From positions 39,494,001 through 39,558,000 of the forward strand of contig JAGIQG010000011.1 of assembly GCA_024679065.1 (NCBI GenBank): 64,000 nt of DNA. The letters are read 5' to 3'. Shown here in pieces: positions 12,646 to 26,214 of the stretch. Below the pieces are notes generated by a model, which was given only the letters and a program-made list of their open reading frames with translations, was not told the DNA's origin and searched no databases. The position numbers were made by a program, and so were the translations under genes. This stretch comes from Sphyrna mokarran. Lineage: Eukaryota. Every line of letters starts with the position of its first letter. The first letter of the stretch is position 1.

Positions 12646-12927
12646 AACCACCAGTGTTCTTACGGAAACTAGAACCATCACAATTACTGAAAGTTGGTGA
12701 TTCAACTCGGTTTGAATGTGAAGTGACTGGGACACCTACAATTAATGTTACTTGGTACAGGGAAGACAAGCAAATTCTTCCCAGTGAGAAATACAGAATG
12801 TCATTTGTTAATGGTGTGGCCATTCTTGAAATTCTTGAGAGTGATGTGCAAGACAGTGGAGAATATAGTTGTGAAGCTAAGAATGAAGTTGGTACTGAGA
12901 GTTGCAGTGTCACTGTAACAATTAAAG
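12646..12927 (+). CDS. ttn: Titin Ig exon 2A
   Basis: AG/GT, 282 nt; EPPVFLRKLEPSQLLKVG. Confidence 0.94.
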
Positions 12928-13058
12928 GTCTGTGAATATATTTTGCTTCTAATTTCACAAATGTAGGCTGCATTTACAAGCAATTTCTAATATTTAAAGT
13001 TTTACATCTAATGCAAAGTGATATATTTTATATTGAATTTATTATTTGTTCCTTTTAG

Positions 13059-13337
13059 AACCTCCATCTTTCATGAAAAAACTTGAATCTCTTAAGGCGC
13101 TCAAAGCCTCTGACATCATTCTTGAGTGTGAAGTGGCTGGCACAGCCCCATATGATGTTTCTTGGTATAAGGACAATAAGCAAATTAGGCCTAGCAAGAA
13201 GTACAAGGCAATCAATAAAAACTCATTAGTTAGTTTACATGTTCTTAAATTTGATACAATAGACATTGGCGAATATCAATGCACGGTATCAAATGAAGTG
13301 GGAGAATGTTCCTGCAGCTCTGCAGTGACTTTGAAAG
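13059..13337 (+). CDS. ttn: Titin Ig exon 2B
   Basis: AG/GT, 279 nt; WYKDNKQIRPSKKY. Confidence 0.94.
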
Positions 13338-13471
13338 GTTAGTAAAAAAAGAACCAAACCTTTCTTTTCCATTAAATTGAAATCCATTCTTTTTCCATAC
13401 TAGTTGTCAGTTGATTTTCCAATGATTACTCAGTGGCATCCAATATTCATAATGTTTCATTTTAAAAACAG

Positions 13472-13750
13472 AACCTCCATCATTTGTTAAGAAGATTGAA
13501 AATATTACTGCACTTTTTGGAACTACTGCCATGTTTCAATGCATTGTGAAAGGTGCAAGCCCAATTTCTATAACCTGGCAAAAAGATAATGATGATGTGA
13601 CAGAAGATGATAATACTAAAATATCTTTTGAAAATGACACAGCTACGCTGACAATTGATTCTGTTGCAAGCCATCATGGTGGGAAGTTCATTTGCCAGGC
13701 AAAGAATGAAGCAGGAATCACAAAATGTATTGCAAATTTGCTAGTGAAAG
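13472..13750 (+). CDS. ttn: Titin Ig exon 2C
   Basis: AG/GT, 279 nt; EPPSFVKKIEN. Confidence 0.94.
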
Positions 13751-15016
13751 GTTGGTTTAAAAATGATTGTGCATTGGAACTTTTTAAAAACTTGACTGTT
13801 TTAAGTATTTAAATAATTGCATAAGGGCTGCCTTAAGGCAGTTGAATCCAATAGTGTACAGTGCATGCTGAAATGTTTGGTCACAAAAAAAAGTCTTTAG
13901 AAAAATTAGGGATCAGAAATTACTGGAAAAATGATGATGATCTGGCACCCTTCATTATCAATGCGTATAAAGCCCAGCAACTTGTGGCAAGAAAAAGATA
14001 CGCCGTTAGCAAATTGGGCTAAATTGTTGGATGATTTGTTCCTTCATTGGCCCTGTCAAAATGGGAGCTTGCTGTCACTTGCCATGAGTGATGAAAAATT
14101 GGGGGATTTGCAGCGCATGCATACATTAGTCTTAAAATGCACAATTTGGATTTAGATGTTGTCAATGATTTAATTAATGATCCTGAATTGAAACCTTAGT
14201 CTTTAACACTCAGAAAGTGCCCAATTGAAATGATCAAATCTTGCTTGAGGTGGTTGATTATTCTTAGAGTTTTTTTTAAATGCTAAATTATATCTTTCCT
14301 TACTCTTGCTTTTGCTTTTTTTTCTCAATCTGTCTCCTAGTCAAATTTTATTTTGTATCTTTTCATTTCTATTTTTGTTTCTAATTCAGTTCTAATTCAT
14401 CCTAGTTCCCTCTGCGCCATCTGTTTTGTTTCCTTATCTATTCCTAAATTTAATTTAATGAAGCAGGCCATTAAAGATGAATATCCTATACAATTATCAG
14501 TTTGCATTTTCAGCAATTTATCATGCAAAAATATGTAGAATGTGTAAAAAACCAAATTTGCGGCAAATGCTTCGCATTGTGCCTTTCCAGCAATTTTTGA
14601 ACCATTCTCTCTTGAATAGAGAAAATGGAATAAGAATATAATGCAATAATATCTGGAATCATGAAAATAACTGATTAAGTAAATATGAAGTTGATATAAT
14701 TGAAGCAGAGTGGTGGTCAAAAGAAAAAAATAGCTGAAAGAAATTCGACGTGAATGTAAACCCACAAAGTTGTCAATGCATGCCATTAATTAATGTTAAA
14801 TGAGAAATTGGACAGTTGCACAAGCAGAATTTTCGATGACTTGAGAAAGGCATTTTCAAGTAGTATGATTTTTTTTACAAGGTGTACTTGTGGAATTATG
14901 TGCATGGTTTAGCTGTAGCTTCAATAGTTTGGCTCAGTGAAAAAAAGAATTATGAGGGTCAAAATGGCCTATTCATGCTTCTTACGTTCTTATTTTCTAA
15001 CTTTTCTTTGTCACAG

Positions 15017-15295
15017 AACCTGCAAATATTATAGAGAAAGCAGAATCAATTAGTGTAACTGTAGGAGAGCCAGCAACACTGGACTGCACTTTTAAAGGAA
15101 CACCAGAAGTGAAAGCCAGATGGTTTAAAAATGGCGCAGAGTTGGTGACTGGTAGAAAATATAAAATCAGTCTTACTAATAAGGTTACAAGTTTGAAGAT
15201 TCGGACTACTGAGAAGGAGGATAGTGGTGAATATACTTGTGAGATTGCAAATGATGTTGGTAGCAGCAGTTGCAAAGCTTCTATAACAGTATTGG
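15017..15295 (+). CDS. ttn: Titin Ig exon 2D
   Basis: AG/GT, 279 nt; EPANIIEKAE. Confidence 0.94.
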
Positions 15296-15404
15296 GTTGG
15301 TATTTTTGCTTTTCCATTTTGTAGCATTTACTAATAGTTTAAAAGAAATAGCTGATATTTTGAAAGAGATTATAGCTTTTTCTTTCCTACTATGTGTTGG
15401 ACAG

Positions 15405-15692
15405 ATCGCATAGTTCCACCATCATTTAAAAGAAACTTAAAAAATATGGATGGCATCAAAACATCCTTTATTAAGATGGAATGCACGATCTCTGGATCTC
15501 TTCCAATGAATGTGCTCTGGTATAAGAACAATCAAGAAATATCAGCTCATGAAAAATATAAATTTTCTTATCATGATAACTTGGCACAGTTGGAGATTCA
15601 TCATCTAGAGTTGACAGATAGTGGAACTTACATTTGCAGAGCAACAAATGCCGCTGGAACTGATGAAAGTAGCGGTACCTTAACTGTGAAAG
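15405..15692 (+). CDS. ttn: Titin Ig exon 2E
   Basis: AG/GT, 288 nt; DRIVPPSFKRNL. Confidence 0.94.
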
Positions 15693-15940
15693 GTTGGAAA
15701 TCTTGTCTTCAATCTCTTAATTGCTAACATGAATTAATTAGTTCACCTAGGATTTAATTATCACAAACATCAATTATTATGCAATTATTATTTGCTCTAT
15801 TAAAAAACATGTTGAGTGTACCATAGATTATACTTACATAGTTATTGTGCACTCACATATTTTGCCATATCTTTTCAAAATTTCTATTTCCCATGTACTT
15901 TCTTGCCATAATGACTGCAATTTTCCTCTGGTAATTTTAG

Positions 15941-16219
15941 AGCCTCCATATTTCACTCTGAAACCGTTGTCCCAGAATGTTTTGCCTGGTTCCAAAGTGC
16001 AGTTTAGGAGTGTTATGAGTGGGACACCTCCAATGGCAATAAAATGGTTTAAAGACAATAAGGAATTAACATCTAGTAACTCACGTTACATTTCAAAAGA
16101 AGGCTCATCAAGTTTGCTACAACTGCATTCAGCTGAAGTTTCTGATACTGGTGACTACGTTTGTCAAGTCAGCAATGAAGTTGGCACAGAATCATGTACT
16201 GCTAATCTTTTTGTCAAAG
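15941..16219 (+). CDS. ttn: Titin Ig exon 2F
   Basis: AG/GT, 279 nt; EPPYFTLKP...VLPGSKVQF. Confidence 0.94.
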
Positions 16220-16719
16220 GTGTGAATTATCTTAATGTTTCTGCACGTCATTTTACAAAGTTTACTTCATTGTCTTTCTTTAAAACATTATGGGGGGAAT
16301 CATTCGGCCTCCCAGTGTGTGTTTCTTGATGGTGGGGTGTGCAGTTCGCTGGTGGCGCAATTCACTGGTGATGCAATTCTCTGGACCTGCTGCGGTCAAT
16401 GGGATTTCCCATTGATGTCACTCCATGCCGCTGCAGGAAGGGGTAGAAAATCGAACGAGCGTGAATGGTTGCGAATTTCTGCCTATTTATATCTTTATTT
16501 GAAAACTCTTTTTCTCTTATAGTTTTATTTGTAAGCTATCTTTATAAGTTCAACCTGAATGTTCCTTCAATACTTCAATTATTTCTCTCAGTGCAGTGAA
16601 AAATATGATTTTACATTGTTTCCAGAGGTTCAGTCTTTTATGTCATGAATTGACAATAGATCGCAATGATTTGTGTTTAGAATTTAGCTGTTTAAGTATA
16701 TATTAGAAATATTGTGGCC

Positions 16720-18890
16720 AAATTAAGGCACATCAGCCTATCAAGCCTGGTCTCCTATTGAATAAGATAATGGCTGATCTGATTATGGCCTGAACTCCAA
16801 TTTCTTGCCTGGATTCCCTTTAGATCATAATTCTGTTTAATCTCTGTCTTGAATATAATCAGTGACCCAATCTCAACTGATGTCTGTGGTAGAGAGTTCC
16901 TGATGGCACGGTGGTTAGCACTGCTGCCTCACAGCATCAGTGGCCCGGGGTTCGATTCTTGGCTTTGGGTCATTGTCTGTGTGGAGATGGCACATTCTCT
17001 TTGTGTCTGCATGGGTTTCCTCCATGTACCCTGATTTTCTCCCACAGTTTGAATTTGATAGGTTTAGAATCCTAAAATTTTATTCTAAACACAGTGATGG
17101 GTGTTCCTGCACCAGGAGAAGAGTGTAGTGATTCAAGATGGCCTCCAGCACCAACTGAAAGCCAGATGGTTAGATTCATTGGCCATGCTAAATTCTCACT
17201 CAATGTACCCAAATAGACACCAGAGTGTGATGATTTGGTGATTTTCATAATAATTTCATTGCATTGCTAATATAAGCCTACTTGTGACACTAATAAATGA
17301 AAAAGAATTAAAACATTTGAGAGAAAAATCCTTCCTCCTTTTAAGCTTAAATGGAGACCCTTTATTTTTAAAGTGTGTCCTTTTTTAGATTCCTCTATGA
17401 GATGGTATCTTTACTGGCATCTATCAAATGTCTTTTAGGAATCTTAGTACAATACATCTATTGGTATCTCTTTAGCCATCATATTGTTACATTCTGTTGA
17501 GACTTAGGAAATATCTCCTTAAAAGCCTGCTGCTGCTTTTCTTTTGTCTTACTTTTTAACCTTTTCCCAACTCCACTTTAGGCAACTCTGTCATCATATC
17601 CTTTTAATTGCCTTTGCTTAAGTTTAAGATGGGCTTCATTGTAACTTCATAGTAACTTCATTGCAGTGTTAATATAAGCCTACTTGTGACACTAATAAAT
17701 AAATTTTAAACTTTAATAAATAAACTTTAAACTTTTAAACTTTAAAATTTTAATTTCAACCCTCAATTGGATATTAAATTATTTTATGTTATGATCAGCT
17801 TTACTGACAGAATGAGATCATTCATTAATCTCGTCTTGTTACACATTACCAGATCTAAGATAACCAGTTCCTTAGTTCCTTACAGAGCACATTGTTCTAA
17901 AAGAAACTTTCTAGAACCTATGCGCTCACACTGCAGACCACCTTTGCCAATTTGATTCATCTAATCCACATAAAGATTAAAATCTCTCATGATTATCATA
18001 GTACCTTTGTCATAAGCCCCCTCTTTTTCTTGATTTAGAGACTATAATTCATAATTATACAATGTATTGGCTGTGAAAAACAAACCCAGCAGTGATTTAT
18101 TTCCTTTGCTATTTCTCATCTCCATCCAAACTGACCCTCCCAAATCAAGATCACTTCTCACCATTGTACCAATCACATCCTTTATTAACAGAACCACCTC
18201 ATTTTATTTTCCTTTCTTCCCTTCTTCCAAAATGTCACACATGTTTGAATATTCAGGTCTCAGCCACAATCACTTTGTAACCAGGTCTCTGCAATGGCTA
18301 TTATAGCCTATTCATTTAATTCTAATAGTGCTATGAATTCATCCATCTTGCTGTGAATGCTGTGTGCATTCAAATAAAAAGCCTTTAATTCTGAACTTTT
18401 ATTATTTTTTTCTTACTCTGACCTTATTTGCCAGTGCACTCTTGTCTTTCTCTGCTCTGCCCCTTCCTGTCACTCTCTGGTATTTGTTGTCTGTCCCTTC
18501 TCTTTAATTTTCCAAACTTTCCCTCCCATGAGCTCTTCTTCTCCTTCCCCCAATATTTAGTTTAAAATCCTTTCTGCAACTTTATTATAGGATTCACTAG
18601 GGCACTGGTCCCAGGTGCAGGTTGTTACAACAATATAAAGCACCTAACAAGCCATGAATTGGAACACATTTACTCCACACCAATATTTGAGCAATACATT
18701 CAACTCTGATTTATTCACACAAATTTGTTTGTGGTGAAGGGGATAATCTAGAAACTTTTATTTCTGCGGATCTGCTTTTAGCTCCAAGCTGCTCATACTC
18801 ACTGAGCAGAATCTGTTTCTTTGTCCTACCAATGTCTACCATGTGGACCATGACAACTGCGTTCCGCCCCTCCAATTCAAATTCCTCTTC
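16720..18890 (-). mobile_element. Decayed, internally deleted CR1-like LINE, antisense; boundaries approximate
   Basis: CR1-type 3' end near 16740 and pyrimidine-rich antisense endonuclease-region remnants; interrupted by SINE pieces. Confidence 0.6.
16903..17300 (+). mobile_element. tRNA-derived SINE (same tail family as 10600) with an internal insertion; a second tail copy lies at about 17630-17750
   Basis: ggcacggtggttagcactgctgcctcacag head; ...taagcctacttgtgacactaataaa tail. Confidence 0.75.
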
Positions 18891-20700
18891 CACTCCAAAA
18901 TGTTGCCCTTAACTTTTATTTTTGCTTAGAAAAAGTGGTTGCATGAAGCCCTATTCTCCTTTTGTGCTGTTGTCAAACATGAGTACATTTTCTGCAGTTA
19001 GGAATAAGTTGCATGACAATTGTACTTTGTGGCAAGTTCCTCTAAAATATTATAGCTGTGGGGTGGAAGAAGAAAAAAAATGTAAGTGAATATTAAACCA
19101 ATGGAATTTTTTACAACCGGGGGGAGGAGGAGTGTGCTTTATTCAACCTCCTCAGATCATTGCAATAAGTGTTTTCAAAAAATTATCCCCCTGAATGTCT
19201 TTTCCAATCCAAATGTATTTACTTCTTATTAAGGAGCCAATCAGACCAGGTTTTCAGGAATCAAAGAAACAATACGGGCAAAATCCTCCCTTTTTGAGAC
19301 AAAGTGCCGTGGCGAGAGTGGAAACGATAAGCATTTCCCGCTGTGGCAGCCAATGGGAAACATACCAGATCTTCTGGCCCTGACCTTATTAATTATGCAC
19401 CTGGGTGTTTCACGCTGCTCTTGTTTATTAAATAATAAAATATGTAACGATACACATAGCATCAGAAGTAAGAAAAGTTAGAGTCAAAATAGAAATTACA
19501 AAAATATATGATTGTTATTTGTTTGCCTATGAGATATAGGTATGCAACCATTTGAAGTTAGGTGGTTTCTGGTAGAATTCTAGAGTTGACTTTATTCAGG
19601 ATTGCATACTGTCAAAGACACCCTGACTTGGTTCAGGTCTGCACTTTGTTGAAGACTCTCTTTTAATGTCAGAGAGAGTGATGTTTCCAACTTGAGATAT
19701 GTACTTACAGATGTTGGGAGGTTGAATTGAATCAAAGTACACATTCACAATTTAACCCCATTTTAAAGCCAAATAAATTCTTCCCTTACTTCTATATTCC
19801 CACCTTAAGTTCCTGTGCTTGCATTTATAATGTAAACTTTCTATGAAACTTCCCCTTCATTAACCCGTTCTATTTCAACCCTTTTCTCTCTTTCAATTTT
19901 TATCTCTCAACCTTTTTCTTATCCATCTCTTCTCAAGCCCTTCTTTCTCACTTGTTTCCCTCTCTTATCCCAACTTTCTCTGAAGTAGTGGATAGGATTT
20001 TCCAAGCAACCTGCTGTGTGTTTCATGGCCTGCCATTGGCCAGCGCTCCTTGTCACAGCGAAAGCTGTGGTGGGAGTATGATGTTGGGAGGATTGTAAGA
20101 TCACATTGCCATAACGATACAGAAACCTCTTTTCCTAGTCTTTCCTAGCGCTCATCTCCTCCTCAGCCCACAAATTTAAGAGATCATTGGCAAACCACTT
20201 AATAGACACATGGCCGGGATTCACAAACATAAATCTGGCTGTATCCTGAAACCTGTTTCTCAAATGAAGTGGAGAATTGGTTAAATGTAAGTTAAAAGAC
20301 TCAGTCTATTTTTAAAACAAAGCATTTTTAACTTTAAGACTTTTGGGTTCGTTTTTGCTCTATTTATGAAAATTGCTCACATTTGAATGAGCATGAATTT
20401 TCTGATGTTGCTCCAAAGTGACAACGACCTACAACATGATAGTTATGTGATGATTTGTTAACATGTAATCTTCTGAGAAAATTGTGGAAATGTTTGGAAA
20501 ATTGTAACACACGCCATTTAAAGTAAGGTTGATTGGAAATCAAAACCGATCAATTGTTTTCATCATAGTTTATTTCTGATTATTTGGAGATCATTCTGAT
20601 TATATTAATTTTTATTTCACACATCCATTACTTTCAGTTGTGTGCACATAAAATCTTTGGCTTTCTTCTCATTCAATTCAATAAATGTTACATTTTATAG

Positions 20701-20982
20701 AGCCTCCAAAGTTCATTAAGAAGCCAGATCGTAACGTAACATTGAGAAATGGCACTTCAACAAGTCTTGAGTGTACAGTAACTGGCTCGCCTGAAATCAA
20801 AATTACGTGGTGCAAAAAGGAAAGTGAAATTCAGCCCAGTGACAACATTAGGATGTCATTTGTTGATTCTAAATCAATCCTTGAATTGATTGATGTCAGT
20901 GTTGAAGACAGTGGACTTTACAGTTGTAAAGCAGAGAATGAAGCAGGTTTTGACACTTGCAATGTGATGGTTGCAGTTAAAG
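20701..20982 (+). CDS. ttn: Titin Ig exon 3A
   Basis: AG/GT, 282 nt; EPPKFIKKPD. Confidence 0.94.
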
Positions 20983-21090
20983 GTGTGTAGTCATAAAACT
21001 CATTGAAACCAAATTTGATCTTTTTTAATAAGTGTTTCCAGCCTGGTGAGGTTCTAAATTGTTTTGCTTTGCTTGGTCTTTTTTTTATAG

Positions 21091-21369
21091 AACCACCTTC
21101 TTTTAAAAAGAAACTCGAACCTGGTGAGGTAGTCAAAGGCAGTGATAGCCATCTTGAATGTGAAGTGGCTGGTACAGGTCCATTTGATGTTGTTTGGTAT
21201 AAGGACAATAAGCAAATCCGACCTAGTATAAAATTCAAGATGTTCATTGGAAAATCTTTATTCAGCCTTTCTATTCAAAAATTTGATAGCTCGGATGTTG
21301 GTGAATACCAGTGTGAAGTGAAAAGTGAAGTGGGAAGTTGCTCTTGCGTTACTGGAGTCAAATTGAAAG
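21091..21369 (+). CDS. ttn: Titin Ig exon 3B
   Basis: AG/GT, 279 nt; GTGPFDVVWYKDNKQIRPS. Confidence 0.94.
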
Positions 21370-21514
21370 GTCAGTTACCAAATACTGATCATTTTCTTTT
21401 TAGGCATTTTCAATACTTTATTTTGCAATTCGTTCTTTTTTTTCAGCTTTAGCATAAATAAATGTCAAATGTCTGATTTTATAACTAATTCATAAAATCT
21501 TAACTTTATATCAG

Positions 21515-21793
21515 AACCCCCTTCCTTTGTGAAAAAGATTGAAAACATCACAACATTGTCTGGAAGTATCGCCACTTTTAGCAGCCAAATAGAAGGCTCA
21601 GCTCCCATATTTGTTACATGGATGAAGGACAAGGATGAAATCAGAGAAGATGATCATATTAAAATATCTTTTGAGAATGGTATTGCTACACTACAAATTG
21701 CTTCTGTTGGAGCAAATCACAGTGGAAAGTATACATGTCAGGCCATGAATGATGCAGGAACAGATACGTGTTTTGCCACTTTGTTAGTAACAG
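21515..21793 (+). CDS. ttn: Titin Ig exon 3C
   Basis: AG/GT, 279 nt; EPPSFVKKIEN. Confidence 0.94.
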
Positions 21794-21893
21794 GTTAGTA
21801 TGAGAGACACAACAATTCTGAATTTCAGTGGAGTGTCAAGTATGGAAACAACTTCTTACTTCACAGGTTGAGGAAGTATGATTTTTCTTGCAG

Positions 21894-22172
21894 AATCTGC
21901 ACAAATCATAGAGAAGCCACAGCCATTAAATGTCACTTCAGGAACTACAGCAATTTTAGAATGCATTGTTGCTGGTACTCCAGAACTAAAAGTAAAATGG
22001 TTCAAGAATAAAGCTGAATTGATATCCAGTAGGAAATGTAAAATGACGTTTGTGAACAAGGTGGCAATCCTAAGGATTCTGTCTGTTACTAAAGAAGACA
22101 GCGGGGAATATGATTTTGAAGTCCAGAATGAGTTTGGAAGCAGCAGCTGCACAACTTCATTGACAGTACTAG
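21894..22172 (+). CDS. ttn: Titin Ig exon 3D
   Basis: AG/GT, 279 nt; ESAQIIEKP...GTPELKVKWF. Confidence 0.94.
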
Positions 22173-23091
22173 GTTGGTGTTTCTTTTGTTAGAGCATGCC
22201 AAAAAAGAAACATAGAGCAAAGAACGCAGTATAATTTTAAAATACTTTGCATGAGAAAGTTACATTATAAATGTACTGAAAACATTTTGTCCTTCCAAAT
22301 ATATGCAATTGGTTTTAGATAACATCTTAATCACATCTTCAAGTTAATGTAATAATTGGCTTCATGGTTTGAGCAACTTGTTAAATATTAGAACATCTGT
22401 TAGTAAAATATGTCAAAAATTTAAGGGTAAATTTGAACTAGTGGGCACATTGTTGTTTCAGTAAGGGGACCAGCCATCTGATTTCTCAGGCAGGAGGCTC
22501 AGTCCATAACCCATTTTAAGTGCTAGGCTTCATTATTATGACTATGCTGCCTGCTCTGAACAGATGTTCTTCTGCATCTTGCTGGCTGAGGACCAGCACA
22601 CTATGGGGTATATCTACAGGCTTATCCAACTGGTGAAACGGTAGATCCAGAGAGAAGTTAATAATCATGGGGTTGGATTACATAGATCCCAGGCTGACAG
22701 TGTCCCACATTAAAATTGTTGAGCTTAGAAGAGCACTTCAGTTCTCTACTTCAGTACTACAGTCTCATCTGTTGCATGACTCATAGTAATGGTGCAGAGC
22801 ATGTATATTACACTTCCTATCCAGTAGCCTGTAAGATGACTTCAAAGTTCCAAGTGTATCATCAGGTCACAGTCTGCATAAATTAATGGCTGGTCTGCTT
22901 GGTTTGGGTGCGCGCATCAGATACCTTATAATAGGCTACAGAAAAATTGGAAGTGGAACAGGAACAAGGCAGGAAGTCCACCAGCTCTACTTTAACTCCA
23001 TTACCTCCTGTTTCCACCAGATGGAATGAGTATACAGCTCCCCTTTGATATTCTAGCAGACAAGCCATTTTTATTGTTCTTTATTGGACAG

Positions 23092-23379
23092 ATCGAATAA
23101 TTGCTCCATCCGTTACAAGAAGTTTGAAGAAAATGGATAGCATCTTGGGCACATTGATGCACATGGAGTGTAAAGTATCTGGTTCTTTACCAATAAGCGT
23201 TTCTTGGTTTAAAGACAACAAAGAAATAGTGACTGACAATAAATATAAAATATCATTTGAAGAAAACACAGCACTTTTGGAGATCAAAGAACTTGAAATC
23301 ACAGATGGTGGAAATTATTCATGCAAAGCAACGAATTCTGCTGGGAGCACTGAATGCAGTGGATTCTTAACGGTGAAAG
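23092..23379 (+). CDS. ttn: Titin Ig exon 3E
   Basis: AG/GT, 288 nt; DRIIAPSVTRSL. Confidence 0.94.
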
Positions 23380-23619
23380 GTTCGAAAATCTCTTCACTCC
23401 AAACAATTTCTATTTCAAGATGCATCAAATGCTGGTTTTCCAGTTGTAATATTATCCATTTCTTCTCTTCTCTTAAACATTTAGATAAATTGTATTTTTC
23501 ACTTCTTGAAATACTTTAATACATCTTCATTAAAATGCATGGGCGATGTAACTAACGTTTTGACTTTATTTTTATTTTATCTGACCTTACCAAACAATAT
23601 TTTCTTAAATAACTTCTAG

Positions 23620-23898
23620 AACCACCACATTTTATACAAGAACCAAAGTCCCAAGCAATTGCACTTGGTTCCACAGTGCAGTTTAAGAGTGTTGTGAAAG
23701 GAACTCTTCCATTGGTTGTCAAGTGGTTCAAAGCTAATAGGGAGTTGAAACCTGGTCCAAGATGTTTCATTTGGAATGAAGAAACAACTTACTTCTTTGA
23801 ACTAATGTTAGCTAAAACCACTGATGCTGGTGTTTACAGCTGCCATCTCAGCAATGATGCTGGTTCTGTCACAAAAACTGCCGAAGTTTTTATTGAAG
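23620..23898 (+). CDS. ttn: Titin Ig exon 3F
   Basis: AG/GT, 279 nt; EPPHFIQEP...GSTVQFKSVV. Confidence 0.94.
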
Positions 23899-24084
23899 GT
23901 TTGCAATTCTTGCCAGTCTTTTTAGGAATTAATTTTTAAGTGACATTTTTAAATGTTACATTTCTTTCCTAGTTATCTTAAAAAAAGAGTAAATTTTATT
24001 CTGAGATGATTTTTCTTATATTTAAGAGATGCAAGTTTAGTTTGCAATTCCAGTATTCAGCTTCATCGTATTTACTTTTCTCAG

Positions 24085-24366
24085 AGCCTCCAAGTTTTGT
24101 TAAGAAGCCACCTCCTACAACAGCATTGAAACAGGGAGAACTTGCACATTTTGAGTGCAAAGTAAAGGGTACACCTGAAATCACAGTTACCTGGTACAAA
24201 AATAACACTGAGATCCATACCGGTGAAAAATACAAGACATCATTTCAAAACACAGTGGCTGTTCTTGAGATTGTTGACGCAAGTGTGGAAGATAATGGAG
24301 AATATTCCTGTGAAGCACAGAATCAAGCTGGTGATACCAGCTGCAACTTTGTGGTTCAGGTTAAAG
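24085..24366 (+). CDS. ttn: Titin Ig exon 4A
   Basis: AG/GT, 282 nt; EPPSFVKKPPPTTALKQG. Confidence 0.94.
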
Positions 24367-24448
24367 GTGTGTAAAACATTACCCTAAAGAAGAGTTAATA
24401 TTTGGTGTTTAATTGTTTACTAAAGGAAATTATTATTTTACTCTTCAG

Positions 24449-24727
24449 AATCTCCAACATTTGTCAAGAAACTTGAACCTGTTGATATAGTTAAAGCCTG
24501 TGATTTTACTCTTGAATGTGAGGTGACTGGTACAGCTCCCTTTGAAGTTCTGTGGTATAAGGACAATAAGCAAGTTCGACCAAGCAAAAAATACAAAATG
24601 ACCTTTGAGAATTCTTTAGCCAGTCTTTGCATTCTTAAGTCTGATGCCTCTGATGTTGGTGAATACACATGTACAGTAAAAAATGATGTGGGAAGTTGTT
24701 CCTGCAGTTCCACAGTCAGTTTGAAAG
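24449..24727 (+). CDS. ttn: Titin Ig exon 4B
   Basis: AG/GT, 279 nt; ESPTFVKKLEP. Confidence 0.94.
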
Positions 24728-24901
24728 GTCAGTTATCACCTATTATAAGAAAATATTCTTTTTTATTTATAGTATCAGTTATCATTTATTGGAGCATGCA
24801 TTGCTCAGTGATTTATACAAGCATTCTTTTACATCAAAGTTTTTTAAAATGCTTACTAAAAACAGTTAAATATATTCATATTACCATTTGTTTTGAACTA
24901 G

Positions 24902-25180
24902 AACCCCCAGGCTTTGTAAAGAAGATTGAAAATATCACAACATTGTCAGGGAATTCTATTGTATTCCAATGTATAGTAAGAGGCTCAACACCTATTCATG
25001 TAACTTGGATGAAAGACAAAGGTGATGTCAAAGAAGATGGTAACATATCATTATCTTTTGGAAATAATATTGCTACTCTTCAAATACATTCTGTTAGAGA
25101 AAATCATGCTGGAAAATATACATGCCATGTCAAGAATGATGCAGGAGCTGAGAAATGTTTTGCCACCTTGTTAGTAGCAG
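24902..25180 (+). CDS. ttn: Titin Ig exon 4C
   Basis: AG/GT, 279 nt; EPPGFVKKIEN. Confidence 0.94.
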
Positions 25181-25321
25181 GTCAGTATGACATTAGCTTA
25201 TTTGTATCTTCCACTTCAAAGTTTTTGCTAATTGCAAGTGCTCTCAAATTCTTTGTTGTACATCAACTACAATGAGATTCATACATTGAATACATTGAAG
25301 AGATATTTTTCTTCTTCATAG

Positions 25322-25600
25322 AACCAGCCAAGATCACAGAACAAGCGCAGTCGATCAGTGTGACTGCAGGGAATCCAGCAAGCTTGGAATGTACCGTGGT
25401 TGGTACACCAGAACTAAAAGTTAAATGCTTTAAGGATGGTAATGAAATGGCACCTAGCAGAAAACACAAATTCAGCTTTGAGAATAATGTGGTCAGCCTA
25501 AAATTTCCTTCTGTTTCCAATGATGATACTGCTGAATATACTTTTGAGGTCAAGAATGAGTTTGGCACCAGCACCTGTAAAGCTTCATTGTCCGTAATAG
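25322..25600 (+). CDS. ttn: Titin Ig exon 4D (core Trp replaced by Cys)
   Basis: AG/GT, 279 nt; GTPELKVKCFKDG. Confidence 0.92.
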
Positions 25601-25926
25601 GTTAGTGCATTATTTATAATAAGAATTTACCAAATAAATATACAGTGTTACTTAAAAGTTTTGTTTGCAGAACAGAGAAATACAGATCATAAGGATCATA
25701 AACGTATGTAACAATCTTATTGTTATAACTTTTTTTATTGACTCCAGTTGTGATGGGAGTACACAGATTAGTCATTTCAGTATTTAAAATGAGTTTTGTC
25801 GCATTTTTATTGTTGAAATCATTATGTCCTATCATAAACAATCACAGTGGATTTTACTAATTTAATGACTTGCAAATATTTACCCTAAGTTGACTGGCTG
25901 TGCTTTCGTCACTTTATCTTGGACAG

Positions 25927-26214
25927 ATCAACTAATCCCTCCATTGTTTACAAGAAAGTTACGGAAAATGGATGCTGTTTTAGGATCTTTCGCACATATG
26001 GAGTGCAAAGTTTCTGGTTCACTTCCAATGAGCTTTACATGGTATAAGGATTTCAAAATAATTACATCTGGTCAAAAATACCAAGTGTTATGCCAAGATA
26101 ACACAACAACGTTGCAAGTTAATGAACTAGAATTTTCTGATCATGGAACTTACATTTGCAAAGCGACAAATTCAGCGGGAAGTGCTGAATGTAGTGGTAC
26201 CTTAAAAATAACAG
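25927..26214 (+). CDS. ttn: Titin Ig exon 4E
   Basis: AG/GT, 288 nt; DQLIPPLFTRKL. Confidence 0.94.

Noticed and set aside
6668-17128. Similar short ORFs (6668, 6694, 10563, 16849, 16940) suggesting a small-protein family
   Set aside because: They are translations of SINE copies
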